A stretch of DNA of 64,000 bases from Giardia intestinalis (lineage: Eukaryota): assembly GCA_000002435.2 (NCBI GenBank), contig CM018792.1. The stretch is one strand, 5' to 3'. A program made the position numbers and the translations under genes. Every line of letters begins with the position of its first letter. Position 1 is the first letter of the stretch. Positions 21,616 to 32,000 of the stretch are shown here, in pieces. The notes under the pieces were generated by a model, which worked only from the letters and a program-made list of their open reading frames with translations, was not told the DNA's origin and did no database searches.

Positions 21616-21714
21616 TTTAAAATTATTTTTGCAGCCGGATTCCGGGGTCGGCACAGACCCTACCCCTCCCCTGCTACATGCGTCTCCTGCGCAGGGGGAC
21701 CCAAGGAAGAAGTG

Positions 21715-21786
21715 AGCCCACACCGGGACTCGAACCCAGATCACTAGCTCCGGAGGCTAGCATGCTTTCCATTGCACTATGCGAGC
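21715..21786 (-). tRNA. tRNA-Arg (anticodon CCG)
   Basis: Hand-folded cloverleaf on the minus strand. Acceptor GCTCGCA/TGTGGGC with two G-U pairs. D-arm GTGC-AATGGAAA-GCAT. Anticodon arm CTAGC-CTCCGGA-GCTAG with U33 and CCG at positions 34-36. 4-nt variable loop. T-arm CTGGG-TTCGAGT-CCCGG. Coordinates accurate to about +/-2 nt. Confidence 0.6.
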
Positions 21787-21843
21787 GTGCGCGCGCGAAG
21801 GACGCTGCGAAGGGCATGGGCTCTGTGTGTCTTGTCCGTTTAC

Positions 21844-23295
21844 TCACGCCTCGTCCTCCCCGAGGGCGATCGCGGCCTTCCGGGCGGGCCGGGATGCAGG
21901 CGGCACAGCGGGTGCCGCAGGGCCTGGCGCGCCCCCGCCGACAACAACGCCCGTCGTAACCTCGTTGAAAGAGAACATCGCCCCGTAGCTCGTGAGGAAC
22001 TCGCAGGAGCGGTCGAGGTCCATGAAGAGCCCATATGCATGCTGGCAATCCTCCAGAGCAACCTGGTGCGACTGGCGGCGCTGCGCGATAATGTGCGACG
22101 TCGTGATGAGCTGGATGGCGTAGCGGAGAGACGTGCTAAAGCCGACCTTGGAGAGGAAGTCGATGGCCTGGTCCTCGAACTCGACGCCCTCTTGCTCTCC
22201 TCGCACCACTAGAATCTCGCGAATCTGGTCCTCTGTGAATGCATCGGTGTGGATAATCAAAAGGCGGTCGAGCAGATCTGTTGGCATAGCAAAGGGCGAC
22301 TGGTATTCCGTGCCTCTTATCTGCGCAATTCCACGGTTTGTAGCGAAGATTATGATGGGAGAAAGCTCCGACTCGAGGGCGCGATTGAGGAAAGAGTGGC
22401 ATTCGATATTAAGCATGTGGCATTCGTCTATGAAAAGAACACCAGGAATGACCGTGGCCTTTCCTTCCTCCTTCCACGCGGCTATCTTCTGGTCGACTTG
22501 TTCGCGAACCTCAATTGATATCTCGCCCGTATCTCCATTGAACAGAGCAAGGAAGCCCTGGCTTCTGGAGTTAATGACGTCCATGTCGTGGAGCGTAACA
22601 TCGTGCTCCACTTCACGCCGGGTAATGAGCTCGCCAGTGGGAGGCTGCAATAGCTTCGTCTGGGCACCCATTGCATCGAACTTTTCAGCACAGCTGAACG
22701 AGCGACCCACCTTTGTAAGCCTCCCTGTGATCTTGTCTATGCTGATGATGTCACCCACTGTCACCGCCTCCTTGGTCAATTGTTCGATCATCTTCGCCCC
22801 TATGTCAAATGAACTTTCCATGTCTAACGTCTTGAGGATGATTTCACCCATCTTCTCACCAGTTGTCGTGTCGTCCTTGATGTTGATCTGGCCAACCTCG
22901 CCCTCGATGAGTTCCGTCTCCTCACGAATGCGCACGGAGATCGAACGACGCAAGGCTTGAGTCAGAGCCTCCGTTTGGTTGATGTCAAGGGAGAAAAACT
23001 CACTCGATGATGTTGATGTAAAGGGGATGTCCTTACCTAGAGATTGAGAGATGGCCGTGGCCAGCGCCGTCTTCCCGGTGGCAGGCTTCCCAGCGATCAG
23101 AATAGCGCGTCCAGCGAGCTTTCCGTCGCAGATCAACTGGTAGATGATCCCAGCTGCACGTCTTGCACGCTCCTGACCAACCATCCCTTCACGAGATTCC
23201 GGCTGGAGTTCGTCAGTGAGCCCGAGCCCACGAATATGGGAGTGTGCCCCAATGCGCTCTGTGAGGCTGTTTCCAACGGTGGCAGTGCTAGACAT
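21844..23295 (-). CDS. RUVBL2: RuvB-like helicase 2 (reptin/TIP48)
   Basis: 'ERIGAHSHIRGLGL', Walker A 'GKPATGKTAL' and Walker B region. N-terminus matches RuvBL2 rather than RuvBL1. True ATG. Confidence 0.9.
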   Translation of the reverse strand: MSSTATVGNSLTERIGAHSHIRGLGLTDELQPESREGMVGQERARRAAGIIYQLICDGKLAGRAILIAGKPATGKTALATAISQSLGKDIPFTSTSSSEFFSLDINQTEALTQALRRSISVRIREETELIEGEVGQINIKDDTTTGEKMGEIILKTLDMESSFDIGAKMIEQLTKEAVTVGDIISIDKITGRLTKVGRSFSCAEKFDAMGAQTKLLQPPTGELITRREVEHDVTLHDMDVINSRSQGFLALFNGDTGEISIEVREQVDQKIAAWKEEGKATVIPGVLFIDECHMLNIECHSFLNRALESELSPIIIFATNRGIAQIRGTEYQSPFAMPTDLLDRLLIIHTDAFTEDQIREILVVRGEQEGVEFEDQAIDFLSKVGFSTSLRYAIQLITTSHIIAQRRQSHQVALEDCQHAYGLFMDLDRSCEFLTSYGAMFSFNEVTTGVVVGGGAPGPAAPAVPPASRPARKAAIALGEDEA

Positions 23296-23448
23296 TTTTT
23301 TAACAAATCAATTTATCTTAAGTGATGAGCAAAGGCAAAAATCTAGATGCCAAGAAGCTTGAGACGCACGTCCGCCGTTAGATTTGCTACTCAGAATTGT
23401 AAGGCTGGCTCTCTTGGTTGATATAAAATAAGAGAGTTTTAAAATGTA

Positions 23449-24927
23449 ATGTTACAGGCCAAATGTACGCTCTGCACAGATCCTCTTCCTCTTTCATGGC
23501 TTAGCGGGAATCTCCTAGCTGAGGACCAGCTTAGTGTCGTAAGCGTGACGGACGCTCTTTCCATGCAGTTAGTGCTAATACAGGGACGGGGACCAAATGT
23601 AAAGTTTTTGCTGAAGACCATGGTTTGTAACTCATCCGCTCGTGAGCTTAACCCGGTCTTTCTTCAGGGCATCTCCACTGGGATAAGATCCGCCTTAGTG
23701 ACGTTTCTTAAAGACGAGTCTTCTGAGCTTCTGCTCGCCGTTTTGTCTCAAGATGGACTCCGTTACTTCGACACAGTCACCTCCCTAGAAGACCAGGAGG
23801 TAGGTAGTATTGCCATTTCTGCGCGGAGGCACCATGCCCTCCACAGGGTAGGAGAAACAGAGTATCTTATCGTTGGGGGCCTTCTGGAGGAGGACTACCT
23901 GGCAGGCAGAGCTACCGCCCTTAGTGACTGTTACATTGTTAATTTGGGTGACCCGTCCACAGAAAGCCTCGCAGTGTCGGGTCCATTTTTGTTACCGTAC
24001 CCCATTGCCGGTTGCACAATTAGCACGATAGGGCAACTAGATCGTTTCCCCTGGTCTCAGAAAAGGCATATCTTAATTGGCGGATACATAGACAGCACAG
24101 AGTGTAATAGTCGTGTCATGGAGTACAATTCCGATGAGAAGGTCTGGACTGCCTTGGATATAGAGCTCCTAGAAATGACTCCTAGGCACTCACACACAGC
24201 TATTACAATTAGCGATAGATACATAGTGATATATGGCGGCTTTACAGCAACCCGCTCCCCCCTCTACGACATGTGGGTTATAGACCTGGAGACCATGTCT
24301 ACCAGGCAGATAGCATTAGCTCCTGAGGGCCCTGCCCTTTCGGGGTGCACACTGTATTATAATGTGGTATCCGATGACCTGTTCTTCCTTAGTGGTCGAG
24401 GGATGGATGAAGACAAGCTGAGCTCTGATGCCTATGTGATCCAGGGCTTCGGAACCATGATCTTTCAGTGCTTCGATTCTTTGGCTAGCACAATGCTATA
24501 CAGCCTTTCAACGTCAAGCATGCAGACCACTGAGATTGATTCCTCCAACCAGACCATTGAATTTCTAAAATATAGACTAAACACTATCGAGATAGGATAT
24601 CTAAAGCAGATAATTTCCATGCGCCAGGCTTTGGAAGCTGAGCGCCGGGATAAGCAGCGTCTCTTGGCAATCTTGGAAAAGCAGATCCTTCTAAGTACGC
24701 GGGAGCGTCGTAGCACCCTTGTGGCAAGTCTCAGCAAGACCAGCAGTATGCAAATCAGTCTGTCCCATGTAGGTTTATCAAATGAAAAGCAGGAGAATTC
24801 ACTGGTGGTTGCGCCAAATGCTCTTGGGGACACAGATTCCTTTCAACATCTTATCTTCGCCCTTGTTGAGAAGATGAATGGAATGGAGAAAGAACTTGCC
24901 ACAATAAATATGCGCCTCCGTAACTAG
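23449..24927 (+). CDS. Kelch-repeat-like protein with C-terminal coiled coil
   Basis: Repeated GG...Y/W beta-propeller-like motifs (LIVGGLLEEDYLAGRATALSDCYIVNLG, IYGGFTATRSPLYDMWVIDLET). C-terminal K/E/L-rich helix. ATG at 23449. Confidence 0.55.
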   Translation: MLQAKCTLCTDPLPLSWLSGNLLAEDQLSVVSVTDALSMQLVLIQGRGPNVKFLLKTMVCNSSARELNPVFLQGISTGIRSALVTFLKDESSELLLAVLSQDGLRYFDTVTSLEDQEVGSIAISARRHHALHRVGETEYLIVGGLLEEDYLAGRATALSDCYIVNLGDPSTESLAVSGPFLLPYPIAGCTISTIGQLDRFPWSQKRHILIGGYIDSTECNSRVMEYNSDEKVWTALDIELLEMTPRHSHTAITISDRYIVIYGGFTATRSPLYDMWVIDLETMSTRQIALAPEGPALSGCTLYYNVVSDDLFFLSGRGMDEDKLSSDAYVIQGFGTMIFQCFDSLASTMLYSLSTSSMQTTEIDSSNQTIEFLKYRLNTIEIGYLKQIISMRQALEAERRDKQRLLAILEKQILLSTRERRSTLVASLSKTSSMQISLSHVGLSNEKQENSLVVAPNALGDTDSFQHLIFALVEKMNGMEKELATINMRLRN

Positions 24928-24932
24928 TAAAG

Positions 24933-27900
24933 CTACTTCTTAAGCTTCTTGGCCGCCTTAGACTTCGGGCGGATCCTGTCATATCCTCGTTCTCGCACAG
25001 GGCCGCCCTTACCATCGAACCGTGTTAGCTCCTGCGACGATTTCTTAGTATGAGCACCTTGCTTCTTGTGACCCTTTTGAAGCTTCCCACTAATCCAGTC
25101 ATTTGAATACTCGTGCCTATCTCGTCGTTGCGGAGACCCTCTATGATCTCTGTTCTCAGTACGGTGATCTTGGTGGCTGCTCCGTGCCTGGTCGCGCTGA
25201 GACCGATGGTAAAGCGTGCGTACATTCTCCGCTGCAAATTCGCAGATTGGACGGCGGTCTCTGTAGAAGCTTCGTGGATTGTTGTTGAGGGCCAGAAGAC
25301 ACCGGAGTGCACTCTCGTGGCTTGTAAACTCAACAAAGCAGAACCCACTGTGCTGGCCGTCCATGTATCCCTCTTCGTTGTAAGCGTCATCCATAGACTT
25401 AACAAGATTATATGCCTTTGGCCCCCTCCGGAAACGCATTTCTGTACACCCGACCGATTTGAGCAGCCGCATGAGGACCTTGTACTCGTAGTTCTTGTCA
25501 CTCGGGTCGAACATCGCCCTGGCCTCAGATTCGTTGATCCGCCCAAATGATCGAATGACAATCCACGAAATCTTCCTTTCGTCAAACTCCTTAGGAATAT
25601 TACGGATGACTATCCGCGTCCTACTGATATGAATAGATTGATTGGTCATAAGACCCTTCAGTGTCTTCCAGTACTTGATCCGCTTCCTGACATCTTCAGG
25701 GGGGACGTCTGCCTTTGAAAATCCATCAATCCCTGGGATCAGCAGCCCAATTCTTGCAAGGCTAAGATTGCGCGGATCTTCTGTGTCTGTCTTTTCGCTC
25801 CTGTGCTTTTCAATTGTCTTGAGCTGCTGTCTCTCAATGGCGGGCTTAAGGGTTAAAGGAGAGCCATTGATAACCAGCAAGCCATTGGTGTAGTCAATAT
25901 ATTCTTCCGGAACCTTAAAGCGTGAGAGGATTAACCTGTGAATCTCCTCCCGGGAGAGACTGGTGTATGCATCCTGATTTCCCGTCTTGGCTGCTTCTCG
26001 GATTTCTAGAAGCTTCTGCTTATCATCGTCGGCTAGCAGTCCGGTTGATGCATTCTTCTCTAGTGAAAAGAAGTCCTCCTCCCCATCAGTGCTCTCTTCG
26101 TTTTTCTTCTTGGTTTTCCTCTTTCTCTGATTATCGTCCTTGCCTGGAACATCTGTGAAAGGCTGCTCTGACACAGTAGCTTGGTCATTAGGCGTGTCTT
26201 TTTCACGCTCTTCGGCAGCCAAGCGGGCAAGATCTTTCATGTAAGGGTCATCAAGGCCGTCTCCAACAGCAAGGGTGTGTGAAGTGCTGTGACCCGCCTT
26301 ACCGTTCTGACTGAAAAAAGCCTGATTTTTGAGACTGTTGTAGTATTCCATGGCACAGAGAGCTGCCCCCCGCTTTTTGAAGATTATGAAGGCAGAGCCC
26401 GTGTGTCTGTCCAGCATCTTATTAACAACTATGGATACATCACGCACCATTCCGAATGCTGAGAAGAGGCGCCGCAATTCATACCGAAGACCAGAGACAA
26501 GTATGTCTTGAGGACGGCATTTAGCATTCTTCGCCATCAGGACCTTTTCTGCCTCTGCCATACGGGCAGCAGTAACGCGAGAAGGCAGATTAGTAACGAA
26601 GATCGTCCTCTCGATCTCCTCCTGCTTGTCTTTAGTCCCGTCAGATTTGGTTCCTGGGACTTCAGTCTGAGCATCTTGTTGTTTCGTCTCATCGCCCAAC
26701 AGTTCGCTTAAGTTGTCCGTATTGCTGCTTACGTTAGGGTCCTCGTCATATGCTTGCTCCTTGTTAGGGTCATAAGAAGGCTCATCTTGATCCTTTGCAG
26801 GCACCTCACGAACAAACGGCTTGATAATTGTCTTACCATCTTCATAGAGCTCAAAGCTAGGCTCATTGTCGGATGCGCCTGCAGAACTAAAAGAGCTGCC
26901 TTCCGTGTTAGAGTCGCTAGAACTGGCTCTGCTGTAGCTATAATCCATACCATCTGATTCTGATCCTGACTCTGAAACGCTTCGGCTCCGGTTTTCTGTG
27001 TCATCGATAGTGTCTCCTGCTGCGCGTGCAATGACTTGCTGCTGCCTTTCAAACGTGTTTTTATCTAGCCCCCAATCTAAGATACTTGTATGATGTAGAA
27101 TCCGCAGCTTAACACTGGATACAAGGGCGACAGCATCAGAGTGGGTAGCCAGAACAAGAAATGCAAATCCCGACCCTTGTGTCCTTCCGCTAATGGTTCG
27201 GCTTGGAAGGCGGAGCTCTATCACAGGATATTTATCTCTGACCGCTTCAAAGATAGTATTAGCGTAAACTGTAAACGGCAGGTTTCTGAGGATAACCGTG
27301 GTCATACGCGGATATGCTCCGGTGTCGTGAGGGCGAACTATCACGTTGCTAGCGGCAGTTATCTTCCATTTGTCTTTGAGCTTTTTGAAGATGTTCGCTG
27401 CCGCTTGCTCTGGAGAAAGAATTGTCTTGCCCTTTTGAGGCTTCGACTCCGTCTTGGTCTCTTGTGAGAATTGCTTTTCAGCCTCCTGCTCCGCCTCTCT
27501 ACTCATGTACACAACAGCATATGTGATTGGATCCTTCACACCCTCGTTGCGCCAATCCTTGACTGAGGTAGTGTGCATTGTAAGGTTGACAACGTGGCGA
27601 TACGCACTGTGGACAATTTGAAACAGCTCTTTGGGATCTCGTTTCTCGGGTGGAATATTGTAGATTAGAAAAGAGTTTGGAATGGATTTATAATCAACTG
27701 GATGTGTGTTCAAGGCCTCGCGAAGCTTCTGTGCATTGTCTCTTTCCGGCGGCCTATCGGAATACGGCCTTATAATGAGGACTCTGCCACCAATCTCTAT
27801 CGGGCTGTGCTCATGATGGGCAAGCACATCCTGCAGGTCGTCCACAGTAGCGAACTGCAACACGCCGAACCCCTTCGACTTTCCATCTCGTCCCTGGACA

Positions 27901-28010
27901 ACCTCCGCATTGCTGACAGGAACTATCCGTGCAAACGGCGCCTTCAGCTCCTTGAACGTGCAGTCATACGGGAGGTTGCCGACATAGAGCTTCTTGGCAT
28001 CGAAGGCCAT
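24933..28010 (-). CDS. Multi-RRM RNA-binding protein (nucleolar Nop4/RBM28- or Mrd1/RBM19-like)
   Basis: At least four RRMs: 'KLYVGNLPYDCT...KGFGVLQF', 'TVILRNLPF...GFAFLVL', 'RTIFVTNLP...SAFIIFK', 'GFCFVEFTSHESA'. Acidic Ser-rich linkers and a basic KKLKK tail. True ATG. Confidence 0.75.
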   Translation of the reverse strand: MAFDAKKLYVGNLPYDCTFKELKAPFARIVPVSNAEVVQGRDGKSKGFGVLQFATVDDLQDVLAHHEHSPIEIGGRVLIIRPYSDRPPERDNAQKLREALNTHPVDYKSIPNSFLIYNIPPEKRDPKELFQIVHSAYRHVVNLTMHTTSVKDWRNEGVKDPITYAVVYMSREAEQEAEKQFSQETKTESKPQKGKTILSPEQAAANIFKKLKDKWKITAASNVIVRPHDTGAYPRMTTVILRNLPFTVYANTIFEAVRDKYPVIELRLPSRTISGRTQGSGFAFLVLATHSDAVALVSSVKLRILHHTSILDWGLDKNTFERQQQVIARAAGDTIDDTENRSRSVSESGSESDGMDYSYSRASSSDSNTEGSSFSSAGASDNEPSFELYEDGKTIIKPFVREVPAKDQDEPSYDPNKEQAYDEDPNVSSNTDNLSELLGDETKQQDAQTEVPGTKSDGTKDKQEEIERTIFVTNLPSRVTAARMAEAEKVLMAKNAKCRPQDILVSGLRYELRRLFSAFGMVRDVSIVVNKMLDRHTGSAFIIFKKRGAALCAMEYYNSLKNQAFFSQNGKAGHSTSHTLAVGDGLDDPYMKDLARLAAEEREKDTPNDQATVSEQPFTDVPGKDDNQRKRKTKKKNEESTDGEEDFFSLEKNASTGLLADDDKQKLLEIREAAKTGNQDAYTSLSREEIHRLILSRFKVPEEYIDYTNGLLVINGSPLTLKPAIERQQLKTIEKHRSEKTDTEDPRNLSLARIGLLIPGIDGFSKADVPPEDVRKRIKYWKTLKGLMTNQSIHISRTRIVIRNIPKEFDERKISWIVIRSFGRINESEARAMFDPSDKNYEYKVLMRLLKSVGCTEMRFRRGPKAYNLVKSMDDAYNEEGYMDGQHSGFCFVEFTSHESALRCLLALNNNPRSFYRDRRPICEFAAENVRTLYHRSQRDQARSSHQDHRTENRDHRGSPQRRDRHEYSNDWISGKLQKGHKKQGAHTKKSSQELTRFDGKGGPVRERGYDRIRPKSKAAKKLKK

Positions 28011-28084
28011 TTAAATGAACTGCTTTTTGCATGCAGCTTAAAATTGCATTATAAAGAAAGTGAAGAAATCGGAATTTAGCTCTA

Positions 28085-28999
28085 ATGGAAGGGACAAAGG
28101 TGATTCACCTTATCCGGCCCCCACCTGTGCAGGCCCAGGGGGGCGCGCAACCAGGTTCACAGGGGCCTATCTGTGGTCTTGACAGGCTCCCCAGGGCAGG
28201 TCACAGCTTTCGAGATATCGTACCTGTTACGTCTCATCACTCCCCGCCACTCTCCAGATCCGGTGATACCAGATTAACTGGGCGGCGGATAATCCATCAA
28301 GATAGCATCAGCACGTTTAATAAGCCGTCAGACCCGCCAATTGGCGGGAAGCTGCAAGTATCTGGAAAAACCATATCCAGACTCTTCACTGGCGAGCCAG
28401 AGTACAGGGCCGGAAAGAAGTGTTCTGCCCAAGGCGAAACTATAGGCAACATACAGGCTGAGTGTAACTATGCAATGCCGCGCCGTCATCGCCCCACAGC
28501 TGAGGAATGTTCCGGGCGCGCAGGAACAACTAGTGAGTACATGATGCATAATCAGACAGGCATCAAAACCTTCGAGCAGAAGTCTGGAGAAGAGGCAGTA
28601 ATGTGTTCTAGTAAGCGCCATTACGCTTCGGCAGCGCCATCGGCCACAGACGCGATGATACCGCATAAGAAGATAGCCCCATTCCAGCGTTCTGATCCGT
28701 TTGGATCTTCTGGATACCCTGAAGATATGCGAGGACCAAGGCCACGCCATAATACTGGCCCAAGCGTAGAAGAAATCTTTAAGCCCAGTTTGAATGTGAA
28801 CACGGCGAAGTTCTCCAGCGACAAGGCAAGTATCTTACATACTGCGCCCCCAACAAGGTTCGACATTACGGGACCGATTGCTATCGATGCACGTAAGCAA
28901 ACACAGAGCACAGCAGCTATGATGGCTGAATACCATGCAACACGGCAAGCCGCAGCCAACTTGAAGGCACGGGAGTACGTCGAGACCAGTTGTTATTGA
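28085..28999 (+). CDS. Hypothetical protein, 304 aa, low complexity
   Basis: ATG-initiated ORF filling an otherwise 1-kb gap. No motif. Gene density in this locus argues it is real, but there is no direct support. Confidence 0.35.
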   Translation: MEGTKVIHLIRPPPVQAQGGAQPGSQGPICGLDRLPRAGHSFRDIVPVTSHHSPPLSRSGDTRLTGRRIIHQDSISTFNKPSDPPIGGKLQVSGKTISRLFTGEPEYRAGKKCSAQGETIGNIQAECNYAMPRRHRPTAEECSGRAGTTSEYMMHNQTGIKTFEQKSGEEAVMCSSKRHYASAAPSATDAMIPHKKIAPFQRSDPFGSSGYPEDMRGPRPRHNTGPSVEEIFKPSLNVNTAKFSSDKASILHTAPPTRFDITGPIAIDARKQTQSTAAMMAEYHATRQAAANLKAREYVETSCY

Positions 29000-29020
29000 A
29001 AGTAAACGGTTTTCTACTCG

Positions 29021-32000
29021 CTACCCGAGGTAGTACGGTATGGAGAAGAATCCGTTATGCTCCACAGGGAGATCCAAGAGCCCATTTATAAGCACCGTTG
29101 CAAAAAGCCGGCCAACCTGCTCTTCAGCCAACCTCACGGGAATCCCGTCCCGCATGTTGACGTCAGGATCCCCGTACTTACTCAGCATAGGAGCGGGCTG
29201 GGTCCATATGACTCCAGTCCCATTGAGGCAGAGGATCTTGTTCTGCGCGGGCAAATAGAACACGGCAGGAAGAATGCACGCAGCGCTATGGTGGAGAATG
29301 GAGATGAAAATGCTATACTTATGGAGGGCCTTTGCCGATATGTCTATAACAGGAGTCCAAACATCCAAACTATCGTGCAGAGCAAGGAACCTATCGATAT
29401 CTAGATAATCGGGAGTCTCCTGGATGTTGATATTGGTATGAGTATGGCCGCAGAAGTTACAGAAGCACTGTCCACACATCATGCACACAATGAGATTGAT
29501 CTCGTCATTCTTAGACCTCTCTGGTGTGTATTTGCAGTATGGACAAGCGTGCTTATCTGTGATGTACTTTTTCAGAGCTTTAACGGCCGTGTAGGAAAAC
29601 GGAAAGACCTTGTATAGGTAGCGCCTGGAATAATCCAGAGGCGTGATGCGGAGACTGTCCCTGCCTGCTATCATGCTGTAGAGGCCATAGGAAGACGGGG
29701 GTGCGGCTACTGTAAAACTGTGGCGGCTATCCACGAAGCTCCGGAGGTGAGTCATGCAAAACCTGCGGGCGTGAAGGGAGTATCCTTCTAAAGAGCTGAT
29801 CGAAGAAATAACCTTGTTGTGCTCTGAGGCAGTATTCCCGAAGAAGGTTCCCACGGCAGAAAGCACGTGGGATGCCTTGAAGGCATGAACAAAGAGATAA
29901 AGTTCTCCTGGGGTGACAATAGACCTGGCGGCCGTAAGAGCGTTCTTTGCAAGAATAACAAACTTCCTATGCTCAAATCTTGGCATGGTCGCACAGATAT
30001 TCGAAAGAATCTCGTCCTGTGAATAGTTGGTAGTCTTCCAACCCTGGTAAGCTAGACCCAGAGTGTCATTAATTTCGGTGAATAGCTCAATAATAAGACC
30101 CGCATTCCAAGGCGTCTGTTCCTCGTCGTAGCCCAGTTTTGTAGTTAATTCATTCAGTGCCTCTGCAACGCTCTCTGCAAAGAGGGCCAGGTCGTAATCA
30201 GACGAATGCCTCATAGAGATGTGTGCGTGATCTACTATAAGGCTCCGAGCCATTAGAGCTTCCCGCTGACAGTAGGATTGGTAAGACAAGGCGTCGCTCG
30301 GACAGGAGTTGTACTGCGAATGAAGGTTATGATATTGCTGCTCTGATATCAGAACAGAGGGCTCTGTAATTGAGAAAAGCCCGACCTCATAGGAGAGGAA
30401 AAGTGCAACAAACACAACGGCTGGGTTCTCATACAGATTAGTGAAGGGCAGGAAAACATCTTCGCCCGGGTGTAGAAGGTCGAAACAGGCTAGCAGCTGG
30501 CCAAGATAGTGCATGAAAAGAGGAAATCCGATGACCCCGACGATGCGGTTGGATATTTGGAGAAAGATTCCAAGGTAGCAATTCACCTGGGAAAAGTTAT
30601 ATATTGACGGAATTATGCACTGTGCCTTAAGAGAGAGCTCCCTCCTTCCATCGTTCTGGTCTAAAATCGCCTGAGAGATTTCCCTATCGGTGAGAGTCAT
30701 GGAATTCCCCTGGGCCCAATAGACTACCTTTTCCGTGGAGCCGCTCTCGGCTGAGATGTTGTCTACAAAGCCATACATATTCTTGGTCTTTGGTGTCCTT
30801 TCGGTATCCTTCAAGATACCAATAAGCGTTTCAAGAACTTTGACAAAGGAGCGGTGGAGCTCCATGAAAAGCTCTTGCTGTAGTATATGGGTGCACCTCA
30901 TGCGCGCAGGACCAAAGGCGATAGTGCACAGGTTTGGGCCATACCTATTTATGAGAAAGGAAAGCGTTATCTGTGCTATCAATACAACGCTCCCAAGGGA
31001 CGAGAGATTGGATCCAAGCATCGTCATAAGTCTGCTATCCGTGAAAAGCTTGCTTTGAAGCCCTATGCTGAAGCCATGGAGAGTAAGGAAGGTGTTGTAA
31101 AGAATGAGGTCAGAAAACATGATGTACCATGCAGAGTAGATCAGATTTTGTGAATGCGCTAGGGACGTCTCTTGATGCCTAGCAGACCGTCTTGGGAACA
31201 AAAGCTGGGCTGTTGGCGACTCAGTAAGAGAAAACGAGGAGGCACTGACGAATTCTGCATAAAGCTGCTGTGTGGATAGTGCGATGGTTGCGTTACCGTG
31301 GTAAATAAGAACGCTCATGCACATGGCCATGGCGAGTGATTGAAGACGAAACTCCTCGAGCAACTGCTCCTTAAGCTTAGCAATCCCCTCTGGACTTGAC
31401 GACTGACTCTTGTAGGCGGTCACTACGGGCAGACACGTGTTATAAAAGCGGCGGCAGATAGAGCAGGTCTTAGGGAGAGAAGTGATCTTATTGAAGGACA
31501 AACAGCTGCTGTGGGAGAAATGCTTGCATCCTGCAACGCGAATGAAATACTTCACCGTTGGGACGTCATAGAGCTTGTCAGAAAGACTGTGCACAAGCGG
31601 TATTGCGTTCCAGATGGAAAGTGTGGTGCTCTTAGAAAAGATCACTCCTCGAAAGGCATCCTTATACTTGATGTGGTTAGTATGATGCGCAATCTCTTCA
31701 AGATGCTGGTCTGCAGGAAGCGGCGGATAGGCTATCAACACCAGGTCCTTGTCGAACAGTTGGCGAGCTGGGTTGATCCACGGGTGCTCTAATATGTTCG
31801 AGAATTCCTTGTCTCCCTTGTGGCTTTGCTTAAGGATATTTGCGTAGAGCTTGTTGAGGCTGTTCGGGACGAACGCTACTGGCTGGCATATGGGCAGTTC
31901 TGGCACATCAAAGAGCCTGCAGTTGTAGCACTGAGTGTCATTATTAACTATGATGCTCTGAACAACCTCATATAAGACCTTGCCTACTGACGCTGGGAAA

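Noticed and set aside
21616-21744. N-terminal 43 codons of the 686-aa kinase ORF
   Set aside because: It starts on GTG and overlaps the tRNA-Arg gene. The real ATG is at 21615.
22133-22960. 275-aa plus-strand ORF antisense to RUVBL2. Similar antisense ORFs occur at 25025-25585, 19832-20607 and 17416-17760.
   Set aside because: Shadow ORFs opposite well-supported genes. No motifs.
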